Below, one piece after another: positions 51,423 through 62,041 of a stretch of DNA of 64,000 nucleotides. Origin of the DNA: an uncultured delta proteobacterium (lineage in GTDB: Bacteria > Desulfobacterota > RBG-13-43-22); contig CAWBOS010000010.1 in NCBI GenBank assembly GCA_963790475.1, positions 1,024,001 to 1,088,000 of the forward strand, given 5' to 3'. Made by a program: the position numbers and the translations under genes. Within the stretch, counting starts at the first letter, position 1, and every line of letters begins with the position of its first letter. The notes under the pieces were generated by a model. The model worked only from the letters and a program-made list of their open reading frames with translations, ran no database searches and had not been told where the DNA came from.

Positions 51423-54400
51423 ATGAGTGTTGTTTCGACGCGATATGGACGAATGCGCATTATTGATGTGGATAATGTTATATCTCGTTCTTTAGCTTTA
51501 TACGGGGAGTGGGCTTTGGAGGAGCTAAGTTTGTTGGCACAGATAATTACCCCGGGTATGTGTGTGCTGGACGTAGGGGCATTTATTGGTACGCACACCC
51601 TAGCATTTTCAGAATTTACTGAGCAGAGGGGTAAGGTATATTCATTTGAGCCACGCAAAGAGATTTACGCCATTTTGTTAGAAAACTTAAACATAAATGA
51701 ACGCCAGAATGTTATTGCATTCAATATGGGTTTGGCTGAAAAAGAACAAATTCTTAATTTGCAATCGTTAGATTTAAACCAGGCTATTAATTTTGGAAGC
51801 CTGGCTCTTGATGCGAATGGTGTTTCGTTAGGCGCCAATAATTATCAAGTTCGTATTTCTACAATTGATGATTTGGGTATTGATAAAATCGATGTAATAA
51901 AACTTGATGTGGAAGGAATGGAACGGAGGGTATTAGACGGTGCTGTTGAAACAATTTTACGTGACAGACCCATTATCTTTTGCGAATGCAGTTCACTTGA
52001 TGCTGGGAGTGATGTGTTGGGTTTTTGCCAAGGCAAGCAGTATGACACTTACGGATTTCTGGCTTCAGCCTATAACCCGCACAATCTCAATGCAATAAAA
52101 GAAAATATTTTTGGGGCAGCGAAGGAGTTAGCATTGGTTTTGATTCCACGCGAGAAAAATGCGGAAGCCCTTTCGAAACTCACAGGTGTCAATTTGTTAC
52201 CGATTAACAATCTTGAAGATCTGGTATTGCCGCTGCTCTACAAACCGCAATATCCATTCGAAGTGCTTGCGCATACTGCACCTTGTTCGTTGCTTGGTAT
52301 CGATTTTCCGTCACCAGCATTGGCCGAACGCGACGGGCAAATCGCCGGTCTCAATCAGGCTGTGGCCGAACGCGACGGGCAAATCGCCGGTCTCAATCAG
52401 GCTGTGGCCGAACGCGACGGGCAAATCGCCGGTCTCAATCAGGCTGTGGCCGAACGCGACGGGCAAATCGCCGGTCTCAATCAGGCTGTGGCCGAACGGG
52501 ACGACCAAATCGCCGGTCTCAACCTGGTTGTGGCTGAACGGGACGACCAAATCGCCGGTCTCAACCTGGTTGTGGCTGAACGGGACGACCAAATCGCCGG
52601 TCTCAACCTGGTTGTGGCTGAACGGGACGCTCAGATGGATAGCCTCAGCCAAGTCTACACTGACCTTGATCTGCAAATAAAAGGCATCTTCAATTCTATA
52701 TCCTGGAGAATCACTAAGCCAATACGCTACCTACGTAAAATTAAAGGGACTATTTTCTGGATAATATTTAGTGTAACTATAAATTTTCTTAAAAAGCCTT
52801 CTTTATCACCCTTCAAACAGTTTCGCGAGTACATTTTCATCAGAAATAATTCTTTGTTTGACAAAAACTATTACTTAAAGAACAATTTAAATTTGTTTAA
52901 TTATGGAATTAATCCTGTTTGGCACTATATTAAAGCGGGGGCAGGGGAAGGGCGCAATCCAAGCATTAACTTTAACACAGCATTTTATTTAAGAAGTTAT
53001 GCTGATGTTGCCACATCTAAGTTAAACCCGCTATATCACTATATAAAGTATGGTAAACGTGAAGGTCGCTTTCCTTCAGAAGAAGCTTTTTTAAAAAATA
53101 GTTTAGATTCCAGAAATCTTAAAAGGCAAGATTTCTGGACAGAACAGGATTGGGCAAAAAAGAAAATTGCCAGCCATTTGGATCTTGCTTCCGGCCTCAA
53201 GATTAATGAACTCGGGGCGTTGGGTAGAGACCATGACATAGAGGATGAGATCCTAGGCCCTGCCGTCCGAATCTTAGAGTGTATCCAGTGCCAGCATGGC
53301 GCAGACGCCAGTTTTAATGGACAACGTGTGGCCGTGCTTGCCCACTGGGACCCGGATGCCGTGGTGGATCCATATGTGATTCACTACCTGACACACTTCA
53401 AGGAACTGGGCTGGAGCACTGTTCTCATTTCCGACAAAGCAATAAAGCTCACAGAAGATCTGATACAGGTTACCGACGCCGTTCTTCACCGAACATGCCC
53501 TGGCTATGATTTTACATCTTGGAAGGGAGCATTGGAATATTTTCCATCTCTGATTGAAGCCGAGGAATTGATTCTTACCAATGACAGCATCTTCGCACCT
53601 GTGGGTTCGCTATCCCCAATGCATTCGGCAATGCAAGAGATTAGATGCGATTTTTGGGGACCCGCGGGAAGCCGGGAATATACTCCCCACCTACAAAGCT
53701 ATTATCTTGTTTTTCGTAGCAAAGCATTACATCATGAGGCCTTTTCCCGCTTCTGGGCAGGAATGCAGCCAGACTGTGATCGTAAACGGGCCATCCGGTG
53801 CGAAACAGAACTTTCCCCATGGCTTGCTCTCCACGGCCTACAGCCGGCTGTTTATGCACCCATGCCACTGCTGAACGATGATATCACCAACCTTTCTCAC
53901 GATTTTTGGAGGGAGCTTATAGATATTGGTACCCCCTTCTTTAAGCGCGAACTGCTGAAGGAAAACGCCAGAAACGTAAATATTAATGACTGCCTGGACG
54001 TCTTAGCAGACGCCGGCTATCCAATTCACCTGATTGCCAACTATTTCAAACGCCTCGGAGTGACGCCGACCGTCCCCATGCCACCCCGCGCACTCGCACC
54101 TGAGGGGGTTTGGCCTCCCGATGTTCGCGTTCTCGAAATCCCTTGCAACCCAGACAATTGTGCCCAACTTTTACCCGAGGAAAAGGAAAAAGTTGGCAAC
54201 GTAGGGGTGTTCCTGCATATTTATCATGAAGATTTGACAGAAGAGCTGGTCCAATGCGCGCTTTGCGTTCCCGAGCCACGACGCGTCTACATTTCCACAG
54301 ATACACGAGCTAAAGAGGTCCATATTAGAAAAATCCTTAAATTACATGGCATAGAATCGACTGCGGAAGTCCGTGTGCTTCCCAACAGGGGCTGGGATAT

Positions 54401-54917
54401 AGCTCCATTTTTAGTGGGTTTTGCCGACAGAATCCGCGAACACTCTATCCTTTTGCGACTGCACTCCAAAAGGTCCTTACATCTTTCCAGGGATATCGGG
54501 ACCTACTGGCGACAAACGCTGTTTAACATTCTTGCCGGATCACGAGAACGCACCCAAGGCATCCTGCGCGCCCTCGCCCATAATCCGGAACTGGGTATGG
54601 TCTGCCCTCCCCACGCCTCGGTCTGGGAGGATGCCGTCCACTTCGGGGGAAACTACGTTCGTATGGAGGAGTTACTATCCCGCCTTGGCATTACCATCCG
54701 CCCTGATTTGCCTATAGATTTTCCCATGGGTTCCATGTTTTGGTGCCGCAGGCTTGTCCTGGAACCTTGGATTGAAATGCAATTGCGCTTTGAAGATTTT
54801 GAGCCAACATTACCGGAGATACGGGACCAGAACCTGGCACATTCCATAGAACGATTGTTTTTCTTCGGCTGTGGAATTACCGGGCATCGCTGGGCAAGGA
54901 TACCAATGCCAAGGTAG
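51423..54917 (+). CDS. FkbM methyltransferase + coiled-coil repeats + two RgpF-like rhamnan-synthesis domains
   Basis: DVGAFIG, IKLDVEGME; ERDGQIAGLNQAVA repeats; NPLYHY..G.REGR; GYDF..W, NDS, HLQSY; NRGWDIAPF, HSKRS, HSIER. Confidence 0.88.
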   Translation: MSVVSTRYGRMRIIDVDNVISRSLALYGEWALEELSLLAQIITPGMCVLDVGAFIGTHTLAFSEFTEQRGKVYSFEPRKEIYAILLENLNINERQNVIAFNMGLAEKEQILNLQSLDLNQAINFGSLALDANGVSLGANNYQVRISTIDDLGIDKIDVIKLDVEGMERRVLDGAVETILRDRPIIFCECSSLDAGSDVLGFCQGKQYDTYGFLASAYNPHNLNAIKENIFGAAKELALVLIPREKNAEALSKLTGVNLLPINNLEDLVLPLLYKPQYPFEVLAHTAPCSLLGIDFPSPALAERDGQIAGLNQAVAERDGQIAGLNQAVAERDGQIAGLNQAVAERDGQIAGLNQAVAERDDQIAGLNLVVAERDDQIAGLNLVVAERDDQIAGLNLVVAERDAQMDSLSQVYTDLDLQIKGIFNSISWRITKPIRYLRKIKGTIFWIIFSVTINFLKKPSLSPFKQFREYIFIRNNSLFDKNYYLKNNLNLFNYGINPVWHYIKAGAGEGRNPSINFNTAFYLRSYADVATSKLNPLYHYIKYGKREGRFPSEEAFLKNSLDSRNLKRQDFWTEQDWAKKKIASHLDLASGLKINELGALGRDHDIEDEILGPAVRILECIQCQHGADASFNGQRVAVLAHWDPDAVVDPYVIHYLTHFKELGWSTVLISDKAIKLTEDLIQVTDAVLHRTCPGYDFTSWKGALEYFPSLIEAEELILTNDSIFAPVGSLSPMHSAMQEIRCDFWGPAGSREYTPHLQSYYLVFRSKALHHEAFSRFWAGMQPDCDRKRAIRCETELSPWLALHGLQPAVYAPMPLLNDDITNLSHDFWRELIDIGTPFFKRELLKENARNVNINDCLDVLADAGYPIHLIANYFKRLGVTPTVPMPPRALAPEGVWPPDVRVLEIPCNPDNCAQLLPEEKEKVGNVGVFLHIYHEDLTEELVQCALCVPEPRRVYISTDTRAKEVHIRKILKLHGIESTAEVRVLPNRGWDIAPFLVGFADRIREHSILLRLHSKRSLHLSRDIGTYWRQTLFNILAGSRERTQGILRALAHNPELGMVCPPHASVWEDAVHFGGNYVRMEELLSRLGITIRPDLPIDFPMGSMFWCRRLVLEPWIEMQLRFEDFEPTLPEIRDQNLAHSIERLFFFGCGITGHRWARIPMPR
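52321..52629 (+). repeat. 42-bp coding tandem repeat, 7 full units plus a partial unit
   Basis: Four identical tggccgaacgcgacgggcaaatcgccggtctcaatcaggctg units followed by three variant units. Confidence 0.97.
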
Positions 54918-54957
54918 ATATTACAAGCCTCAATCAGCTTAACAAGGAACCCGTTTT

Positions 54958-57519
54958 ATGCTCGTATTCACCTCATGTACCAACAACTACATACCCAAAG
55001 CAAGAGTATTGAGTTCTACATTTAAGAATAACCATCGAGACTGGACCTTCTGTCTGGTCCTTAGCGAAGATCCCCCCCAAGGTTTTGATCTCGGTAACGA
55101 ACCCTTTGATCGCATGTTGTCCATTGAAGAGCTGGATATTCCAAACTTCTCGAGCTGGCTTTTTCGCCACCGGGTCGTTGAGATCTGTACGGCGGCCAAA
55201 GGCCCAGCTATGTACCATTTTCTCGAACGAGAAAAACATGAAAAAGTGATCTACCTCGACCCGGACATCATGGTCATCAATTCCCTTTCCCCACTGTCCG
55301 ATTTACTGGATGAATACGATATTCTTTTAACGCCACACCAGCTTTCCCCCCAACCCGACCTCGATAGTGTTGTACATAATGAAATTTGCGCCCTGCAACA
55401 CGGGATCTACAATCTTGGTTTCGTGGGAGTAGCCAGAAGGGAACAGGGAATCGGCTTTGCCCGCTGGTGGCGCGACAGGCTCTATCATTTTTGCTATGAA
55501 GATATTCCGAGCGGCCTTTTCACCGATCAACGCTGGTGTGATCTGGCTCCGGCATTTTTTCCTAAACTGCATATCATCCGCGATCCCGGGTACAACGCTG
55601 CCTCTTGGAATCTTACCGACCGCACCATTACCCGTCGGGAGAACGGTCCATTTATGGCCAACAATTCACCTCTACGCTTTTACCATTTCACGGGTTTTGA
55701 CTCCGGTGCTGGCCATGCTGCTACACAAGCCTTTGGCAAGGGTATGCCCGCCGTATCTGAGTTATGGACCATCTACGAGGAAAACCTAAGGGCCTTCGGG
55801 CATGCAAAGCTCGGAAAACTTCCTTGGAAATACGCATGCTTCTCCAACGGCGAGAACATTACGGACAACATGCGCCTTCTATATCGCTCACGCCCCGACC
55901 TGCAGCAAGCCTTCCCCAATCCTTTCGACCTTTCCAACCCAACGTGGAATTACCTTGTTTGGTATAAAAACCTATTGGTGAAGAATGAAAGCAAAGCCCG
56001 GCACAAATGGTCCAAACTTATTAAATTAACTATAGTCTTAGGAAGAAAATACATCAAATCGCCCAAGACCCTGTTGCACCATATATCCAAGACTTGGGAA
56101 TCTTTCCGTCTGGGTGGGGTGAGAGGTTTTTTACACAAAATTGATGTTTTTGGAAATTCCTCCTTGAGATCGGAATCCTTACAAAGCCAGCCAATGACGA
56201 ATCAGCCGGCCACAACCGAACCATTGGAGTCCCCAGGAGGAATGAATTCCAGCATCATCCAGTTGCGTTCCCTGCTGGAACCATCGGACCCCTTGGCTAC
56301 CTCGGCCGAAAACAAAGTCAACTCTATTCTATTAAATTCCCTGCTGGCCACCAAAAACTCTCCTGTGTGCATTATCGACCACCAGTGGGGCGGTGGGGCA
56401 AATGAATACCGGATTGCGCGTATCCAGAAATACCTACAAGCAGGGCAGGCTGTGCTGCTCGCTACCTACAACAAGCACATGGGCTTAGTGGAACTGGAAG
56501 CAATGCACGGAAGCGCGCACCTGAGCTTTACAGCCAATAATTTACGGGAATTGGAGGATAGTCGGTTTCCTCGTCTAAACCGGATCATCATCAATGAAGT
56601 GATTTCGTGGACGACAGGATCTACAGGAACACCGACTAACCTCATCGGCGACATCCCCTGGATCGTCGGGCAGATTGTCGGATTAGCCCGCACACATAAG
56701 GCTGCAATGGAATGCCTGTTCCACGATTTCTTTCCTGTATGCCCAAGCCTCAACCTTCTGGCCGGAAATTCTACATTTTGCGGCATCCCGGCCGACCTAA
56801 ACGACTGCGCTGCTTGTCTTAAAAATAATCCCCATCTTTGCGTCCCACTTCCGGAAGGTTTCACCATTAACGCCTGGCGGGCCGCATGGAAAGATCTCAT
56901 TATCAATGCGGAGAAGTTAGTCTTCTTCTCTGAAAGCACGCGGCGCCTGGTGGAACGTGCTTATCCCGTCCGCTCCGAGCAGGTGGAAATTACCCCTCAC
57001 CCACCGCTCATTGAATATGCCTCCCCGATTCGCATTCCCAAGGAAGGGACCATGGGCATTGCCGTAGTGGGCAATATCTTAATGCATAAAGGCGCTGATA
57101 TAGTAATCGACGTGGCGAATTTATTGCTGAATGATGATCCCACGGCTCGCGTAGTGGTTATTGGTGAGATCGAAGCCGCCCATATTCCCTCTAACATGGT
57201 GGTAACCGGAAAATATGCTCGTGAGAAATTGCCTGAATTGCTGGAACAATATCACGCCACCATTGGATTTATACCTTCTATTGTGCCGGAAACATTTAGC
57301 TATGTAACCCAGGAGCTTATGGCGTTGGGCTTGCCCTTAGTGTGCTTGGACCTGGGGGCCCCTGCCGAACGAATCGGCCTTTGGGCCCATGGTCTCATAG
57401 CCCCTGAAATAAATGCTAAATCCGCCCTCGATACAATGCGGCGATTGGATTCCCGCCGTCACGCAATGAGGGTGGGACGCGAAACAATTGCTTCCGAATT
57501 TATAACAGGGTCGGCATAG
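54958..57519 (+). CDS. Two-domain glycosyltransferase (GT-A/GT8-like N-terminus, GT-B/GT4-like C-terminus)
   Basis: EICTAAK, YLDPD, LTPH, GIYNLGF, DQRW; GGGAN, HDFF..CP, HKG and PSIVPETFSY. Confidence 0.85.
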   Translation: MLVFTSCTNNYIPKARVLSSTFKNNHRDWTFCLVLSEDPPQGFDLGNEPFDRMLSIEELDIPNFSSWLFRHRVVEICTAAKGPAMYHFLEREKHEKVIYLDPDIMVINSLSPLSDLLDEYDILLTPHQLSPQPDLDSVVHNEICALQHGIYNLGFVGVARREQGIGFARWWRDRLYHFCYEDIPSGLFTDQRWCDLAPAFFPKLHIIRDPGYNAASWNLTDRTITRRENGPFMANNSPLRFYHFTGFDSGAGHAATQAFGKGMPAVSELWTIYEENLRAFGHAKLGKLPWKYACFSNGENITDNMRLLYRSRPDLQQAFPNPFDLSNPTWNYLVWYKNLLVKNESKARHKWSKLIKLTIVLGRKYIKSPKTLLHHISKTWESFRLGGVRGFLHKIDVFGNSSLRSESLQSQPMTNQPATTEPLESPGGMNSSIIQLRSLLEPSDPLATSAENKVNSILLNSLLATKNSPVCIIDHQWGGGANEYRIARIQKYLQAGQAVLLATYNKHMGLVELEAMHGSAHLSFTANNLRELEDSRFPRLNRIIINEVISWTTGSTGTPTNLIGDIPWIVGQIVGLARTHKAAMECLFHDFFPVCPSLNLLAGNSTFCGIPADLNDCAACLKNNPHLCVPLPEGFTINAWRAAWKDLIINAEKLVFFSESTRRLVERAYPVRSEQVEITPHPPLIEYASPIRIPKEGTMGIAVVGNILMHKGADIVIDVANLLLNDDPTARVVVIGEIEAAHIPSNMVVTGKYAREKLPELLEQYHATIGFIPSIVPETFSYVTQELMALGLPLVCLDLGAPAERIGLWAHGLIAPEINAKSALDTMRRLDSRRHAMRVGRETIASEFITGSA

Positions 57520-57521
57520 AG

Positions 57522-58154
57522 GTGGGGGCGCTCAACAACCCATTGCCAGTCCCAATTGCTGCAAAAATTAGATATGTTGATCGTATGGAAAAGCGGAGTT
57601 TATACGAGCAATATCCAGAGCTGCAGCAACTTAAACTTGTGGACGTTGATTTTGTGGATAATGGTGAAACGTTATTAACGTTCGCTGAAAACAGTCAAGA
57701 CTTTATTATCGCCAACCACTTTCTGGAACATTGCGAAGACCCTATCGCAACCCTGAAAACTTTCTTTCGAGTATTGCGAACTGGGGGTGTGGTATTTTTG
57801 GCATTGCCCGACAAGCGCTTCAGTTTCGACAAGAATCGTCAAAGAACGAACTTGGCTCGTTTGATTCGTGATCATTTAGATGGGCCGATTACCAGCCGTT
57901 TTGAGCATTTCTGCGAATGGCCTGAATTTTGGGAGGCACAGGTTGGCAGGGTCTACGCCACAGTCGATGAAATCGAAAATCGCGCCCGTGAGTTAATGAA
58001 CCAAAATTATAGTATCCATTTCCACGTGTGGGAACCCAGAGATGTATATGAGATGTTGCGGTATTGTGCAGATAATCAGGAAGTACCATTGGTAATCGAG
58101 TATTTCCTTTCCAAGGATGACGAGATGGTTATTATCCTGAGAAAGAAGGCTTGA
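57522..58154 (+). CDS. Class I SAM methyltransferase whose 5' part appears frameshifted into the upstream ORF
   Basis: IEVGALNNPL, DFIIANHFLEH and LPDKRFSFD; motif I G.GIEVGA is broken by a 1-nt deletion near 57513. Confidence 0.78.
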   Translation: MGALNNPLPVPIAAKIRYVDRMEKRSLYEQYPELQQLKLVDVDFVDNGETLLTFAENSQDFIIANHFLEHCEDPIATLKTFFRVLRTGGVVFLALPDKRFSFDKNRQRTNLARLIRDHLDGPITSRFEHFCEWPEFWEAQVGRVYATVDEIENRARELMNQNYSIHFHVWEPRDVYEMLRYCADNQEVPLVIEYFLSKDDEMVIILRKKA

Positions 58155-58175
58155 GCTGATCGAGCTTAAAGCCAA

Positions 58176-58400
58176 GATCTTCAAGTGTACTATCTCATTA
58201 CTAGGACCACATACGGCATTATGGTGGGAATGCGAGGATGTCTTATCGCCTATCTCCACCTCGCCATCTACTGTCACACTGAATACGCGGAGAAGGTGAG
58301 CATCCGGAGGATTAGAGAACTGCGCATCAAGATCAAGAATGAGGCGGCCATGATGAATGAGACCGAAGGGGACCCAGGTGAGATAGATTTCAAACAATAT
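58176..58400 (+). mobile_element. Probable 3' remnant of an IS4-family transposase
   Basis: LQVYYLITRTTYGIMV..G.LIAYL.LAIYCH..Y.EKVSIRRIRELRIKIKNE resembles C-termini of deltaproteobacterial IS4 transposases (from recall, not searched). Confidence 0.5.
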
Positions 58401-58484
58401 ATATCGAATCAGTTGTGTACAATGGTTAGTTGTGCAAAGCTTACGATATAACTCTCTTGCAAAGCACGGTACCTGAAAATATAT

Positions 58485-60854
58485 ATGTCTGCGCCTAAAA
58501 AAATAATTAATAAATTTGGCTCAAGGAATCTAGACTCGACTGTCAATTTTATCTTATGGCTTGCGTTACTAATTACAGTCATTGCTAAATTTGTCCCATT
58601 ATTACCGGAAATGCCTGCAGGCGGTCTTGATCCATCGTTTACATTTGCATATAATCAAGCAGTAGCTCAAGGGCTTTCCTTTGGTAAAGAAATCATCCTT
58701 ACTTTTGGGCCCTATGCTTCTATTTATTATAAGTCATACCACCCATCAACTGATTTTATGATGCTTAGCGGAAGTCTGTATTTGGCTTTTTCATATTGGG
58801 TATGTTTTCTCCTTTTAATGAAAAATGTTCAATGGCGCTGGGTTCTGGCCTTTTGCGTCATCCTCGCTGGATTGACGTATTCACAAGACGCTTTGCTTTT
58901 TTCACTCCCGCTGCTTGTCGGATTACAAACCTTCAAGATTCTATTTTCGGAAGAAGGAAGGCTGGTCAAAAGCAAACTGGCACCATTTTATGTGGCATTA
59001 CTATTTGCGCCATTTGGTTTGCTGCCTTTAGTTAAGGGTAGCATAATGATCCTGTGCGGTGCAGTTGCTGCTTTGTGCTCGTCAGTTTTTATTGCTAACA
59101 GACATAGACTTCTCGCAATACTTTGTCTGTTTACTCCTATGGTTTCAGTACTTTTTTTTTGGATTGCATCGGGACAATCTGCAACAACTTTGCCAAATTA
59201 CTTTATTAGTATGGCGCCTATAGTCTCAGGCTACACCGAAGCCATGGCCGTTGACGGCAACATTCGTGAGATTATTTTATATTTAGCTGCCTCGGCCTTT
59301 TTGTTGTTAGTAATATCCATTCAAACGGAAACAAGCGACACTTCAAAAATATTTTTATTTTGTATTTATTTTGTTTTTTTATTCCTTTCCTTCAAGGCTG
59401 GATTTGTCCGTCATGATGGCCATGCCATTATGTCCGGAACGTCTATTTTGATTGCTGCACTGCTGCTTCCATTTATTTTTTCTTCACGGATTCTACTTCT
59501 GGTCGTTGCTTTTTCATTAATTTCATGTTTTTACATTGATAGTCATTACATCAAGATGTCGACCGCACATATAGCTAATAATATCGTATCAACTTATTCA
59601 TCGCCATGGATTGGCCTTAAAAATAGAATCAAAGACGAGAACTGGCCAAGACGTGACTTCGATGCCGTAGTGAACTCCCTGCGAGAGCAAGCGTCTTTTC
59701 CAATTTTGCAAGGCACAACAGACATCTACTCCTTCAATCAATCGTATTTGATTTCTTCCGGAAACACTTGGTCTCCTCGCCCAGTATTTCAGAGCTATTC
59801 TGCTTACACCCCAATGCTGGCTGAGGAAAATAGAAAACATCTCCTAGGGAGGCAAGCGCCTGATAATGTTATTTTTAGAGTTGAACCAATTGATGGTAGA
59901 CTTCCGTCAATTGAGGACGGCTCAAGTTGGCCGATACTGATGGTTAATTATCAGCCAACCCAGATGGCGAATGATTTTTTATTTCTTCGAAAAAAGAGAG
60001 GTATCACTGAAAATACAGCGCCATTGAAGTTAATGAGCGAAACACATACGTTCGGAGAGAGTGTGAATTTACCCCAAACAAACCAATCAATATTTGCTCA
60101 GATTGAGATTAAGCCAACTTTCTGGGGACGTTTAGCAAGTATATTTTTTAAGCCCAGCCATCTTCAAATCACTATTGAACTGAAAAACGGCACAACAAAG
60201 CAGTACCCCATTATCTCCGGCATGGCCAAATCTGGTTTTTTGATATCACCACTGATCGAAAACACAGTTGAATTCGGAATGTTATATGGTAAAAAAAAGG
60301 ACTTAGATGGAAAGTTAGTAAAGTCGTATGCAATTGCGCCGAGTCATGGCAAAACCATGCTTTGGAACGATGAATATACTGTTACGCTCAGCCAAATTAG
60401 AACCATTTCCTCTTATGATTTTTCTAAAATATATAAGTTTGATAGCTTTTACGATAAATTATTGAGCTCCAAAGTGACATATACGGAAAAATGTGACGGC
60501 TTTATTGATGGGGTTAACGGCATGTCTCCTGCTCCGACACAGTTTTCAGCATCAGGCTTGCTAAGAGTTAATGGGTGGCTCGCGGCTTCTATTGATAAGG
60601 CCACTCTGCCAGAAGCTGTTTTTGTGATTTTGACTGATGATCATGGTAATCATTCATATTTAAGAACGCGGCGAACGCCTCGTCCCGATGTAGGCGGGCT
60701 TTTTAAGAAGCCTGAGCTTAATGAGTCTGGATTTAGCACTTTTGCCGACATATCAGCAATAGAAGGACAATATACTTTAGGCCTTGCTTTGAAGCAGTCT
60801 AATAAAATAAAGATTTGTCAGCAGTTTAAAATTCCAGTAACGATCACCAAATAA
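58485..60854 (+). CDS. Polytopic membrane protein with a large C-terminal extracytoplasmic region, probable GT-C-type transferase
   Basis: GLDPS and FGP in the first loop, about 11-13 TM segments, FVRHD and RPVFQSYSAYTP; lies next to gtrA and a GT2 gene. Confidence 0.65.
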   Translation: MSAPKKIINKFGSRNLDSTVNFILWLALLITVIAKFVPLLPEMPAGGLDPSFTFAYNQAVAQGLSFGKEIILTFGPYASIYYKSYHPSTDFMMLSGSLYLAFSYWVCFLLLMKNVQWRWVLAFCVILAGLTYSQDALLFSLPLLVGLQTFKILFSEEGRLVKSKLAPFYVALLFAPFGLLPLVKGSIMILCGAVAALCSSVFIANRHRLLAILCLFTPMVSVLFFWIASGQSATTLPNYFISMAPIVSGYTEAMAVDGNIREIILYLAASAFLLLVISIQTETSDTSKIFLFCIYFVFLFLSFKAGFVRHDGHAIMSGTSILIAALLLPFIFSSRILLLVVAFSLISCFYIDSHYIKMSTAHIANNIVSTYSSPWIGLKNRIKDENWPRRDFDAVVNSLREQASFPILQGTTDIYSFNQSYLISSGNTWSPRPVFQSYSAYTPMLAEENRKHLLGRQAPDNVIFRVEPIDGRLPSIEDGSSWPILMVNYQPTQMANDFLFLRKKRGITENTAPLKLMSETHTFGESVNLPQTNQSIFAQIEIKPTFWGRLASIFFKPSHLQITIELKNGTTKQYPIISGMAKSGFLISPLIENTVEFGMLYGKKKDLDGKLVKSYAIAPSHGKTMLWNDEYTVTLSQIRTISSYDFSKIYKFDSFYDKLLSSKVTYTEKCDGFIDGVNGMSPAPTQFSASGLLRVNGWLAASIDKATLPEAVFVILTDDHGNHSYLRTRRTPRPDVGGLFKKPELNESGFSTFADISAIEGQYTLGLALKQSNKIKICQQFKIPVTITK

Positions 60855-60969
60855 ATTATCCTAATAAATAATAAAATATTTCTCCATGGTGGGGCTGGCC
60901 TTGTTGCTCCAAACATTGTTGCTCGTTTTAAGACAAAGGGTTGCACCTACAAAGTAGGAGTGTTTTAAT

Positions 60970-62022
60970 ATGAAAACAATTCTTATCACCGGCTCATCAG
61001 GTCTAATCGGTTCAGAAGTTGCTACTTATTTTCATAAAAAGGGATTCACCATTCATGGTGTTGACAACAACCAACGGGCTGTATTTTTTGGCCCTCAGGG
61101 TGATACAAGATGGAGCCAGCAGAGACTCGTGGAAACGCTGCCGAACTTTCGGCACCACGAACTGGACATCCGCAACCGCCAAGGAGTCATTGATCTGTTA
61201 AGGGAATTGAGACCAGCGTGCATTATTCATACGGCCGCGCAACCTTCCCATGACCTGGCAGCGAATATCCCCTTTGATGATTTTGACACAAATTCAGTCG
61301 GCACTTTGAATCTACTGGAAGCGACGCGTCAGTTCTGTGCCGAGTCGCCATTCATTCACATGTCAACCAATAAAGTATACGGTGATTTACCTAACTTCAT
61401 CAAGCTCAAGGAATTGGACACGCGATGGGATTATGATGATCCTGCCTACGCAGACGGTATACCGGAGACATTTTCCATCGATCAGTCCAAGCATTCCCTG
61501 TTCGGTGCTTCTAAAGTAGCCGGTGACATTATGGTGCAGGAATATGGTCGCTATTTCGGTATGTCCACCTGCTGTTTGCGCGGTGGTTGTCTTACCGGCC
61601 CCAACCATTCCGGGGTTGAATTACATGGTTTTCTCAGCTATTTGATCAAGTGTAATCTGGATGGGCGGGAATATAGAATCTTCGGCTACAAAGGCAAGCA
61701 GGTACGGGATAACATACACTCCGAGGATGTCGCTCGCTTCATTTACGCCTTTTATCAAAATCCCCGCTGTGGAGAAGTATATAATCTGGGTGGTGGTAAG
61801 GCCAATTCCTGCTCTATATTTGAAGCATTCACTCTTGTCGAACTGTTTACCGGAAAACGCCAAATCTATACGTATTTGGATCAAAACCGTATCGGCGATC
61901 ATATTTGCTACTACAGTGATCTTCGCAAAATGAAGGCTCACTATCCCCAGTGGGACATCACCAAAACATTAACACGTACAGTATCTGAAATAGTTGAATC
62001 ATGGCAAAGGCGAATGTTTTAA
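60970..62022 (+). CDS. NAD-dependent epimerase, CDP-paratose 2-epimerase (RfbE/Tyv)-like
   Basis: [28 protein letters not shown] and GKQVRD. Confidence 0.88.
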   Translation: MKTILITGSSGLIGSEVATYFHKKGFTIHGVDNNQRAVFFGPQGDTRWSQQRLVETLPNFRHHELDIRNRQGVIDLLRELRPACIIHTAAQPSHDLAANIPFDDFDTNSVGTLNLLEATRQFCAESPFIHMSTNKVYGDLPNFIKLKELDTRWDYDDPAYADGIPETFSIDQSKHSLFGASKVAGDIMVQEYGRYFGMSTCCLRGGCLTGPNHSGVELHGFLSYLIKCNLDGREYRIFGYKGKQVRDNIHSEDVARFIYAFYQNPRCGEVYNLGGGKANSCSIFEAFTLVELFTGKRQIYTYLDQNRIGDHICYYSDLRKMKAHYPQWDITKTLTRTVSEIVESWQRRMF

Positions 62023-62041
62023 ACAAAGATTATCAAGAGTT

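Noticed and set aside
52321-52629. CRISPR array
   Set aside because: Units are contiguous with no spacers, lie in frame in a CDS, and no cas genes are present
60886-60951. REP-like GTAGGGG...CCCTAC hairpin relic
   Set aside because: Arms are too degenerate to support a call
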